64,000 bases of DNA. Source: Auanema rhodensis. Its lineage: Eukaryota > Animalia > Nematoda. Shown piece by piece: positions 42,922 through 56,300 of this stretch (its first letter is position 1; every line of letters begins with the position of its first letter). Under the pieces are notes generated by a model. That model was not told the DNA's origin and did not search any database. It saw only the letters and a program-made list of their open reading frames with translations. Position numbers and translations under genes: made by a program. The stretch spans positions 7,998,001 to 8,062,000 of the forward strand of contig OZ059900.1 of the NCBI GenBank assembly GCA_964057225.1. Reading direction: 5' to 3'.

Positions 42922-45900
42922 GTACAAAACATGTGAAAACTGTATGTTATGATCAGACCCTTTGAGATATGGATTTAAAATTCAGGATTCATAAAATTCG
43001 ACTGTTTTTACATATATATGTCCAATTTTAACCACTTTGGTCAAAAAGGACCGAAAATATCAAGAATTATTGGTTTTTTGGGGTTTGAAGGGCATTTTGG
43101 CAAAATCAGTCAAACTTTTGATCTTAAGCATATTTTTTTCTTCTAAAACGACTAAATGTATGAAATACTGTCATAGAATGTTCATATAGGTGTATTTTGC
43201 ACGAATATCAAGACTGATTGAAACATGGGCCTTTTTATGCTCAAAACGCCATATATTCAACGATTTTGGGTACAAAACATGTGAAAACTGTATGTTTTGA
43301 TCAGACCCTTTGAGATATGGATTTGAAATTCAGGATTCATAAACTTCGACTATTTCTACATATATATGTCCAATTTTAACCACTTTGGTCAAAAAGGACC
43401 GAAAATATCAAGAATTATTGGTTTTTTGGGGTTTGAAGGGCATTTTGGCTAAATCAGTCAAACTTTTGATCTTAAGCATATTTTTTTCTTCTAAAACGAC
43501 TAAATGTATGAAATACTGTCATAGAATGTTCATATAGGTGTATTTTGCACGAATATAAAAACTGATTGAAATATGGGCCTTTTTATGTTCAAAACGCCAT
43601 ATATTCAACGATTTTGGGTACAAAACATGTGAAAACTGTATGTTTTGATCAGACCCTTTGAGATATGGATTTGAAATTCAGGATTCATAAACTTCGACTA
43701 TTTCTACATATATATGTCCAATTTTAACCACTTTGGTCAAAAAGGACCGAAAATATCAAGAATTATTGGTTTTTTGGGGTTTGAAGGGCATTTTGGCTAA
43801 ATCAGTCAAACTTTTGATCTTAAGCATATTTTTTTCTTCTAAAACGACTAAATGTATGAAATACTGTCAAAGATTGTTCATATAGGTGTATTTTGCACGA
43901 ATATCAAAACTGATTGAAATATGGGCCTTTTTATGCTCAAAACGCCATATATTCAACGATTTTGGGTACAAAACATGTGAAAACTGTATGTTTTGATCAG
44001 ACCCTTTGAGATATGGATTTAAAATTCAGGATTCATAAAATTCGACTATTTTTACATATATATGTCCAATTTTAACCACTTTGGTCGAAAAGGACCGAAA
44101 ATATCAAGAATTATTGGTTTTTTGGGGATTGAAGGGCATTTTGGCAAAATCAGTCAAACTTTTGATCTTAAGCATATTTTTTTCTTCTAAAACGACTAAA
44201 TGTATGAAATACTGTCATAGAATGTTCATATAGGTGTATTTTGCACGAATATCAAAACTGATTGAAATATGGGCCTTTTTATGTTCAAAACGCCATATAT
44301 TCAACGATTTTGGGTACAAAACATGTGAAAACGGTATGTTTTGATCAGACCCTTTGAGATATGGATTTGAAATTCAGGATTCATAAACTTCGACTATTTC
44401 TACATATATATGTCCAATTTTAACCACTTTGGTCAAAAAGGACCGAAAATATCAAGAATTATTGGTTTTTTGGGGTTTGAAGGGCATTTTGGCAAAATCA
44501 GTCAAACTTTTGATCTTAAGCATATTTTTTTCTTCTAAAACGACTAAATGTATGAAATACTGTCAAAGATTGTTCATATAGGTGTATTTTGCACGAATAT
44601 CAAAACTGATTGAAATATGGGCCTTTTTATGCTCAAAACGCCATATATTCAACGATTTTGGGTACAAAACATGTGAAAACTGTATGTTATGATCAGACCC
44701 TTTGAGATATGGATTTAAAATTCAGGATTCATAAAATTCGACTATTTTTACATATATATGTCCAATTTTAACCACTTTGGTCAAAAAGGACCGAAAATAT
44801 CAAGAATTATTGGTTTTTTGGGGTTTGAAGGGCATTTTGGCAAAATCAGTCAAACTTTTGATCTTAAGCATATTTTTTTCTTCTAAAACGACTAAATGTA
44901 TGAAATACTGTCATAGAATGTTCATATAGGTGTATTTTGCACGAATATCAAGACTGATTGAAACATGGGCCTTTTTATGCTCAAAACGCCATATATTCAA
45001 CGATTTTGGGTACAAAACATGTGAAAACTGTATGTTTTGATCAGACCCTTTGAGATATGGATTTGAAATTCAGGATTCATAAACTTCGACTATTTCTACA
45101 TATATATGTCCAATTTTAACCACTTTGGTCAAAAAGGACCGAAAATATCAAGAATTATTGGTTTTTTGGGGTTTGAAGGGCATTTTGGCTAAATCAGTCA
45201 AACTTTTGATCTTAAGCATATTTTTTTCTTCTAAAACGACTAAATGTATGAAATACTGTCATAGAATGTTCATATAGGTGTATTTTGCACGAATATAAAA
45301 ACTGATTGAAATATGGGCCTTTTTATGTTCAAAACGCCATATATTCAACGATTTTGGGTACAAAACATGTGAAAACTGTATGTTATGATCAGACCCTTTG
45401 AGATATGGATTTAAAATTCAGGATTCATAAAATTCGACTATTTTTACATATATATGTCCAATTTTAACCACTTTGGTCAAAAAGGACCGAAAATATCAAG
45501 AATTATTGGTTTTTTGGGGTTTGAAGGGCATTTTGGCTAAATCAGTCAAACTTTTGATCTTAAGCATATTTTTTTCTTCTAAAACGACTAAATGTATGAA
45601 ATACTGTCATAGAATGTTCATATAGGTGTATTTTGCACGAATATAAAAACTGATTGAAATATGGGCCTTTTTATGTTCAAAACGCCATATATTCAACGAT
45701 TTTGGGTACAAAACATGTGAAAACTGTATGTTTTGATCAGACCCTTTGAGATATGGATTTGAAATTCAGGATTCATAAACTTTGACTATTTTTACATATA
45801 TATGTCCAATTTTAACCACTTTGGTCAAAAAGGACCGAAAATATCAAGAATTATTGGTTTTTTGGGGATTGAAGGGCATTTTGGCAAAATCAGTCAAACT

Positions 45901-46149
45901 TTTGATCTTAAGCATATTTTTTTCTTCTAAAACGACTAAATGTATGAAATACTGTCATAGAATGTTCATATAGGTGTATTTTGCACGAATATCAAAACTG
46001 ATTGAAATATGGGCCTTTTTATGCTCAAAACGCCATATATTCAACGATTTTGGGTACAAAACATGTGAAAACTGTATGTTTTGATCAGACCCTTTGAGAT
46101 ATGGATTTGAAATTCAGGATTCATAAACTTTGACTATTTTTACATATAT

Positions 46150-49100
46150 ATGTTCAATTTTAACCACTTTGGTCAAAAAGGACCGAAAATATCAAGAATT
46201 ATTGGTTTTTTGGGGTTTGTAGGGCATTTTGGCTGAATCAGTCAAACTTTTGATCTTAAGCATATTTTTTTCTTCTAAAACGACTAAATGTATGAAATAC
46301 TGTTAAAGATTGTTCATATAGGTGTATTTTGCACGAATATCAAAACTGATTGAAATATGGGCCTTTTTATGCTCAAAACGCCATATATTCAACGATTTTG
46401 GGTACAAAACATGTGAAAAATGTATGTTTTGATCAGACCCTTTGAGATATGGATTTAAAATTCAGGATTCATAAAATTCGACTATTTTTACATATATATG
46501 TCCAATTTTAACCACTTTGGTCAAAAAGGACCGAAAATATCAAGAATTATTGGTTTTTTGGGGTTTGAAGGGCATTTTGGCAAAATCAGTCAAACTTTTG
46601 ATCTTAAGCATATTTTTTTCTTCTAAAACGACTAAATGTATGAAATACTGTCATAGAATGTTCATATAGGTGTATTTTGCACGAATATCAAAACTGATTG
46701 AAAAATGGGCCTTTTTATGCTCAAAACGCCATATATTCAACGATTTTGGGTACAAAACATGTGAAAACTGTATGTTTTGATCAGACCCTTTGAGATATGG
46801 ATTTGAAATTCAGGATTCATAAACTTCGACTATTTCTACATATATATGTCCAATTTTAACCACTTTGGTCAAAAAGGACCGAAAATATCAAGAATTATTG
46901 GTTTTTTGGGGTTTGAAGGGCATTTTGGCAAAATCAGTCAAACTTTTGATCTTAAGCATATTTTTTTTTTCTAAAACGACTAAATGTATGAAATACTGTC
47001 AAAGAATGTTCATATAGGTGTATTTTGCACGAATATCAAAACTGATTAAAATATGGGCCTTTTTATGCTCAAAACGCCATATATTCAACGATTTTGGGTA
47101 CAAAACATGTGAAAACTGTATGTTTTGATCAGACCCTTTGAGATATGGATTTGAAATTCAGGATTCATAAACTTTGACTATTTTTACATATATATGTTCA
47201 ATTTTAACCACTTTGGTCAAAAAGGACCGAAAATATCAAGAATTATTGGTTTTTTGGGGTTTGAAGGGCATTTTGGCAAAATCAGTCAAACTTTTGATCT
47301 TAAGCATATTTTTTTCTTCTAAAACGACTAAATGTATGAAATACTGTCATAGAATGTTCATATAGGTGTATTTTGCACGAATATCAAAACTGATTGAAAT
47401 ATGGGCCTTTTTATGTTCAAAACGCCATATATTCAACGATTTTGGGTACAAAACATGTGAAAACTGTATGTTTTGATCAGACCCTTTGAGATATGGATTT
47501 GAAATTCAGGATTCATAAACTTTGACTATTTTTACATATATATGTCCAATTTTAACCACTTTGGTCAAAAAGGACCGAAAATATCAAGAATTATTGGTTT
47601 TTTGGGGTTTGAAGGGCATTTTGGCAAAATCAGTCAAACTTTTGATCTTAAGCATATTTTTTTCTTCTAAAACGACTAAATGTATGAAATACTGTCATAG
47701 AATGTTCATATAGGTGTATTTTGCACGAATATCAAAACTGATTGAAAAATGGGCCTTTTTATGCTCAAAACGCCATATATTCAACGATTTTGGGTACAAA
47801 ACATGTGAAAACTGTATGTTTTGATCAGACCCTTTGAGATATGGATTTGAAATTCAGGATTCATAAACTTCGACTATTTCTACATATATATGTCCAATTT
47901 TAACCACTTTGGTCAAAAAGGACCGAAAATATCAAGAATTATTGGTTTTTTGGGGTTTGTAGGGCATTTTGGCTGAATCAGTCAAACTTTTGATCTTAAG
48001 CATATTTTTTTCTTCTAAAACGACTAAATGTATGAAATACTGTTAAAGATTGTTCATATAGGTGTATTTTGCACGAATATCAAAACTGATTGAAATATGG
48101 GCCTTTTTATGCTCAAAACGCCATATATTCAACGATTTTGGGTACAAAACATGTGAAAACTGTATGTTTTGATCAGACCCTTTGAGATATGGATTTAAAA
48201 TTCAGGATTCATAAAATTCGACTATTTTTACATATATATGTCCAATTTTAACCACTTTGGTCAAAAAGGACCGAAAATATCAAGAATTATTGGTTTTTTG
48301 GGGTTTGAAGGGCATTTTGGCAAAATCAGTCAAACTTTTGATCTTAAGCATATTTTTTTCTTCTAAAACGACTAAATGTATGAAATACTGTCATAGAATG
48401 TTCATATAGGTGTATTTTGCACGAATATCAAAACTGATTGAAAAATGGGCCTTTTTATGCTCAAAACGCCATATATTCAACGATTTTGGGTACAAAACAT
48501 GTGAAAACTGTATGTTTTGATCAGACCCTTTGAGATATGGATTTGAAATTCAGGATTCATAAACTTCGACTATTTCTACATATATATGTCCAATTTTAAC
48601 CACTTTGGTCAAAAAGGACCGAAAATATCAAGAATTATTGGTTTTTTGGGGTTTGAAGGGCATTTTGGCAAAATCAGTCAAACTTTTGATCTTAAGCATA
48701 TTTTTTTTTTCTAAAACGACTAAATGTATGAAATACTGTCAAAGAATGTTCATATAGGTGTATTTTGCACGAATATCAAAACTGATTAAAATATGGGCCT
48801 TTTTATGCTCAAAACGCCATATATTCAACGATTTTGGGTACAAAACATGTGAAAACTGTATGTTTTGATCAGACCCTTTGAGATATGGATTTGAAATTCA
48901 GGATTCATAAACTTTGACTATTTTTACATATATATGTTCAATTTTAACCACTTTGGTCAAAAAGGACCGAAAATATCAAGAATTATTGGTTTTTTGGGGT
49001 TTGAAGGGCATTTTGGCAAAATCAGTCAAACTTTTGATCTTAAGCATATTTTTTTCTTCTAAAACGACTAAATGTATGAAATACTGTCATAGAATGTTCA

Positions 49101-52100
49101 TATAGGTGTATTTTGCACGAATATCAAAACTGATTGAAATATGGGCCTTTTTATGTTCAAAACGCCATATATTCAACGATTTTGGGTACAAAACATGTGA
49201 AAACTGTATGTTTTGATCAGACCCTTTGAGATATGGATTTGAAATTCAGGATTCATAAACTTTGACTATTTTTACATATATATGTCCAATTTTAACCACT
49301 TTGGTCAAAAAGGACCGAAAATATCAAGAATTATTGGTTTTTTGGGGATTGAAGGGCATTTTGGCAAAATCAGTCAAACTTTTGATCTTAAGCATATTTT
49401 TTTCTTCTAAAACGACTAAATGTATGAAATACTGTCATAGAATGTTCATATAGGTGTATTTTGCACGAATATCAAAACTGATTGAAATATGGGCCTTTTT
49501 ATGCTCAAAACGCCATATATTCAACGATTTTGGGTACAAAACATGTGAAAACTGTATGTTTTGATCAGACCCTTTGAGATATGGATTTGAAATTCAGGAT
49601 TCATAAACTTTGACTATTTTTACATATATATGTCCAATTTTAACCACTTTGGTCAAAAAGGACCGAAAATATCAAGAATTATTGGTTTTTTGGGGTGTGA
49701 AGGGCATTTTGGCTGAATCAGTCAAACTTTTGATCTTAAGCATATTTTTTTCTTCTAAAACGACTAAATGTATGAAATACTGTCATAGAATGTTCATATA
49801 GGTGTATTTTGCACGAATATCAAAACTGATTGAAATATGGGCCTTTTTATGCTCAAAACGCCATATATTCAACGATTTTGGGTACAAAACATGTGAAAAC
49901 GGTATGTTTTGATCAGACCCTTTGAGATATGGATTTGAAATTCAGGATTCATAAACTTCGACTATTTCTACATATATATGTCCAATTTTAACCACTTTGG
50001 TCAAAAAGGACCGAAAATATCAAGAATTATTGGTTTTTTGGGGTTTGAAGGGCATTTTGGCAAAATCAGTCAAACTTTTGATCTTAAGCATATTTTTTTC
50101 TTCTAAAACGACTAAATGTATGAAATACTGTCAAAGATTGTTCATATAGGTGTATTTTGCACGAATATCAAAACTGATTGAAATATGGGCCTTTTTATGC
50201 TCAAAACGCCATATATTCAACGATTTTGGGTACAAAACATGTGAAAACTGTATGTTATGATCAGACCCTTTGAGATATGGATTTAAAATTCAGGATTCAT
50301 AAAATTCGACTATTTTTACATATATATGTCCAATTTTAACCACTTTGGTCAAAAAGGACCGAAAATATCAAGAATTATTGGTTTTTTGGGGTTTGAAGGG
50401 CATTTTGGCAAAATCAGTCAAACTTTTGATCTTAAGCATATTTTTTTCTTCTAAAACGACTAAATGTATGAAATACTGTCATAGAATGTTCATATAGGTG
50501 TATTTTGCACGAATATCAAAACTGATTGAAATATGGGCCTTTTTATGCTCAAAACGCCATATATTCAACGATTTTGGGTACAAAACATGTGAAAACTGTA
50601 TGTTTTGATCAGACCCTTTGAGATATGGATTTGAAATTCAGGATTCATAAACTTTGACTATTTTTACATATATATGTTCAATTTTAACCACTTTGGTCAA
50701 AAAGGACCGAAAATATCAAGAATTATTGGTTTTTTGGGGTTTGTAGGGCATTTTGGCTGAATCAGTCAAACTTTTGATCTTAAGCATATTTTTTTCTTCT
50801 AAAACGACTAAATGTATGAAATACTGTTAAAGATTGTTCATATAGGTGTATTTTGCACGAATATCAAAACTGATTGAAATATGGGCCTTTTTATGCTCAA
50901 AACGCCATATATTCAACGATTTTGGGTACAAAACATGTGAAAACTGTATGTTTTGATCAGACCCTTTGAGATATGGATTTAAAATTCAGGATTCATAAAA
51001 TTCGACTATTTTTACATGTATATGTCCAATTTTAACCACTTTGGTCAAAAAGGACCGAAAATATCAAGAATTATTGGTTTTTTGGGGTTTGAAGGGCATT
51101 TTGGCAAAATCAGTCAAACTTTTGATCTTAAGCATATTTTTTTCTTCTAAAACGACTAAATGTATGAAATACTGTCATAGAATGTTCATATAGGTGTATT
51201 TTGCACGAATATCAAAACTGATTGAAAAATGGGCCTTTTTATGCTCAAAACGCCATATATTCAACGATTTTGGGTACAAAACATGTGAAAACTGTATGTT
51301 TTGATCAGACCCTTTGAGATATGGATTTGAAATTCAGGATTCATAAACTTCGACTATTTCTACATATATATGTCCAATTTTAACCACTTTGGTCAAAAAG
51401 GACCGAAAATATCAAGAATTATTGGTTTTTTGGGGTTTGAAGGGCATTTTGGCAAAATCAGTCAAACTTTTGATCTTAAGCATATTTTTTTTTTCTAAAA
51501 CGACTAAATGTATGAAATACTGTCAAAGAATGTTCATATAGGTGTATTTTGCACGAATATCAAAACTGATTAAAATATGGGCCTTTTTATGCTCAAAACG
51601 CCATATATTCAACGATTTTGGGTACAAAACATGTGAAAACTGTATGTTTTGATCAGACCCTTTGAGATATGGATTTGAAATTCAGGATTCATAAACTTTG
51701 ACTATTTTTACATATATATGTTCAATTTTAACCACTTTGGTCAAAAAGGACCGAAAATATCAAGAATTATTGGTTTTTTGGGGTTTGAAGGGCATTTTGG
51801 CAAAATCAGTCAAACTTTTGATCTTAAGCATATTTTTTTCTTCTAAAACGACTAAATGTATGAAATACTGTCATAGAATGTTCATATAGGTGTATTTTGC
51901 ACGAATATCAAAACTGATTGAAATATGGGCCTTTTTATGTTCAAAACGCCATATATTCAACGATTTTGGGTACAAAACATGTGAAAACTGTATGTTTTGA
52001 TCAGACCCTTTGAGATATGGATTTGAAATTCAGGATTCATAAACTTTGACTATTTTTACATATATATGTCCAATTTTAACCACTTTGGTCAAAAAGGACC

Positions 52101-53300
52101 GAAAATATCAAGAATTATTGGTTTTTTGGGGATTGAAGGGCATTTTGGCAAAATCAGTCAAACTTTTGATCTTAAGCATATTTTTTTCTTCTAAAACGAC
52201 TAAATGTATGAAATACTGTCATAGAATGTTCATATAGGTGTATTTTGCACGAATATCAAAACTGATTGAAATATGGGCCTTTTTATGCTCAAAACGCCAT
52301 ATATTCAACGATTTTGGGTACAAAACATGTGAAAACTGTATGTTTTGATCAGACCCTTTGAGATATGGATTTGAAATTCAGGATTCATAAACTTTGACTA
52401 TTTTTACATATATATGTCCAATTTTAACCACTTTGGTCAAAAAGGACCGAAAATATCAAGAATTATTGGTTTTTTGGGGTGTGAAGGGCATTTTGGCTGA
52501 ATCAGTCAAACTTTTGATCTTAAGCATATTTTTTTCTTCTAAAACGACTAAATGTATGAAATACTGTCATAGAATGTTCATATAGGTGTATTTTGCACGA
52601 ATATCAAAACTGATTGAAATATGGGCCTTTTTATGCTCAAAACGCCATATATTCAACGATTTTGGGTACAAAACATGTGAAAACGGTATGTTTTGATCAG
52701 ACCCTTTGAGATATGGATTTGAAATTCAGGATTCATAAACTTCGACTATTTCTACATATATATGTCCAATTTTAACCACTTTGGTCAAAAAGGACCGAAA
52801 ATATCAAGAATTATTGGTTTTTTGGGGTTTGAAGGGCATTTTGGCAAAATCAGTCAAACTTTTGATCTTAAGCATATTTTTTTCTTCTAAAACGACTAAA
52901 TGTATGAAATACTGTCAAAGATTGTTCATATAGGTGTATTTTGCACGAATATCAAAACTGATTGAAATATGGGCCTTTTTATGCTCAAAACGCCATATAT
53001 TCAACGATTTTGGGTACAAAACATGTGAAAACTGTATGTTATGATCAGACCCTTTGAGATATGGATTTAAAATTCAGGATTCATAAAATTCGACTATTTT
53101 TACATATATATGTCCAATTTTAACCACTTTGGTCAAAAAGGACCGAAAATATCAAGAATTATTGGTTTTTTGGGGTTTGAAGGGCATTTTGGCAAAATCA
53201 GTCAAACTTTTGATCTTAAGCATATTTTTTTCTTCTAAAACGACTAAATGTATGAAATACTGTCATAGAATGTTCATATAGGTGTATTTTGCACGAATAT
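46150..53300. repeat. Overlapping 5-monomer (1740 bp) and 8-monomer (2784 bp) duplications
   Basis: gattAaaat occurs at 47048, 48788 (+1740) and 51572 (+2784). ggggtGtgaag occurs at 49697 and 52481 (+2784). Confidence 0.87.
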
Positions 53301-56300
53301 CAAGACTGATTGAAACATGGGCCTTTTTATGCTCAAAACGCCATATATTCAACGATTTTGGGTACAAAACATGTGAAAACTGTATGTTTTGATCAGACCC
53401 TTTGAGATATGGATTTGAAATTCAGGATTCATAAACTTCGACTATTTCTACATATATATGTCCAATTTTAACCACTTTGGTCAAAAAGGACCGAAAATAT
53501 CAAGAATTATTGGTTTTTTGGGGTTTGAAGGGCATTTTGGCTAAATCAGTCAAACTTTTGATCTTAAGCATATTTTTTTCTTCTAAAACGACTAAATGTA
53601 TGAAATACTGTCATAGAATGTTCATATAGGTGTATTTTGCACGAATATAAAAACTGATTGAAATATGGGCCTTTTTATGTTCAAAACGCCATATATTCAA
53701 CGATTTTGGGTACAAAACATGTGAAAACTGTATGTTTTGATCAGACCCTTTGAGATATGGATTTGAAATTCAGGATTCATAAACTTTGACTATTTTTACA
53801 TATATATGTCCAATTTTAACCACTTTGGTCAAAAAGGACCGAAAATATCAAGAATTATTGGTTTTTTGGGGATTGAAGGGCATTTTGGCAAAATCAGTCA
53901 AACTTTTGATCTTAAGCATATTTTTTTCTTCTAAAACGACTAAATGTATGAAATACTGTCATAGAATGTTCATATAGGTGTATTTTGCACGAATATCAAA
54001 ACTGATTGAAATATGGGCCTTTTTATGCTCAAAACGCCATATATTCAACGATTTTGGGTACAAAACATGTGAAAACTGTATGTTTTGATCAGACCCTTTG
54101 AGATATGGATTTGAAATTCAGGATTCATAAACTTTGACTATTTTTACATATATATGTTCAATTTTAACCACTTTGGTCAAAAAGGACCGAAAATATCAAG
54201 AATTATTGGTTTTTTGGGGTTTGTAGGGCATTTTGGCTGAATCAGTCAAACTTTTGATCTTAAGCATATTTTTTTCTTCTAAAACGACTAAATGTATGAA
54301 ATACTGTTAAAGATTGTTCATATAGGTGTATTTTGCACGAATATCAAAACTGATTGAAATATGGGCCTTTTTATGCTCAAAACGCCATATATTCAACGAT
54401 TTTGGGTACAAAACATGTGAAAACTGTATGTTTTGATCAGACCCTTTGAGATATGGATTTAAAATTCAGGATTCATAAAATTCGACTATTTTTACATATA
54501 TATGTCCAATTTTAACCACTTTGGTCAAAAAGGACCGAAAATATCAAGAATTATTGGTTTTTTGGGGTTTGAAGGGCATTTTGGCAAAATCAGTCAAACT
54601 TTTGATCTTAAGCATATTTTTTTCTTCTAAAACGACTAAATGTATGAAATACTGTCATAGAATGTTCATATAGGTGTATTTTGCACGAATATCAAAACTG
54701 ATTGAAATATGGGCCTTTTTATGCTCAAAACGCCATATATTCAACGATTTTGGGTACAAAACATGTGAAAACTGTATGTTTTGATCAGACCCTTTGAGAT
54801 ATGGATTTGAAATTCAGGATTCATAAACTTCGACTATTTCTACATATATATGTCCAATTTTAACCACTTTGGTCAAAAAGGACCGAAAATATCAAGAATT
54901 ATTGGTTTTTTGGGGTTTGAAGGGCATTTTGGCAAAATCAGTCAAACTTTTGATCTTAAGCATATTTTTTTTTTCTAAAACGACTAAATGTATGAAATAC
55001 TGTCAAAGAATGTTCATATAGGTGTATTTTGCACGAATATCAAAACTGATTGAAATATGGGCCTTTTTATGCTCAAAACGCCATATATTCAACGATTTTG
55101 GGTACAAAACATGTGAAAACTGTATGTTTTGATCAGACCCTTTGAGATATGGATTTGAAATTCAGGATTCATAAACTTTGACTATTTTTACATATATATG
55201 TTCAATTTTAACCACTTTGGTCAAAAAGGACCGAAAATATCAAGAATTATTGGTTTTTTGGGGTTTGAAGGGCATTTTGGCTGAATCAGTCAAACTTTTG
55301 ATCTTAAGCATATTTTTTTCTTCTAAAACGACTAAATGTATGAAATACTGTCATAGAATGTTCATATAGGTGTATTTTGCACGAATATCAAAACTGATTG
55401 AAATATGGGAATTTTTATGCTCAAAACGCCATATATTCAACGATTTTGGGTACAAAACATGTGAAAACGGTATGTTTTGATCAGACCCTTTGAGATATGG
55501 ATTTGAAATTCAGGATTCATAAACTTCGACTATTTCTACATATATATGTCCAATTTTAACCACTTTGGTCAAAAAGGACCGAAAATATCAAGAATTATTG
55601 GTTTTTTGGGGTTTGAAGGGCATTTTGGCAAAATCAGTCAAACTTTTGATCTTAAGCATATTTTTTTCTTCTAAAACGACTAAATGTAAGAAATACTGTC
55701 ATAGAATGTTCATATAGGTGTATTTTGCACGAATATCAAAACTGATTGAAATATGGGCATTTTTATGCTCAAAACGCCATATATTCAACGATTTTGGGTA
55801 CAAAACATGTGAAAACTGTATGTTTTGATCAGACCCTTTGAGATATGGATTTGAAATTCAGGATTCATAAACTTTGACTATTTTTACATATATATGTTCA
55901 ATTTTAACCAAAAACTGTATGTTTTGATCAGAGCCTTTGAGATATGGATTTGAAATTCAGGATCCATAAACTTTGACTATTTTTACATATATATGTTCAA
56001 TTTTAACCACTATGGTCAAAAAGGACCGAAAATATCAAGAATTATTGGTTTTTTGGGGTTTGAAGGGCATTTTGGCAAAATCAGTCAAACTTTTGATCTT
56101 AAGCATATTTTTTTCTTCTAAAACGACTAAATGTATGAAATACTGTCATAGAATGTTCATATAGGTGTATTTTGCACGAATATCAAAACTGATTGAAATA
56201 TGGGCCTTTTTATGCTCAAAAAGCCATATATTCAACGATTTTGGGTACAAAACATGTGAAAACTGTATGTTTTGATCAGACCCTTTGAGATATGGATTTG

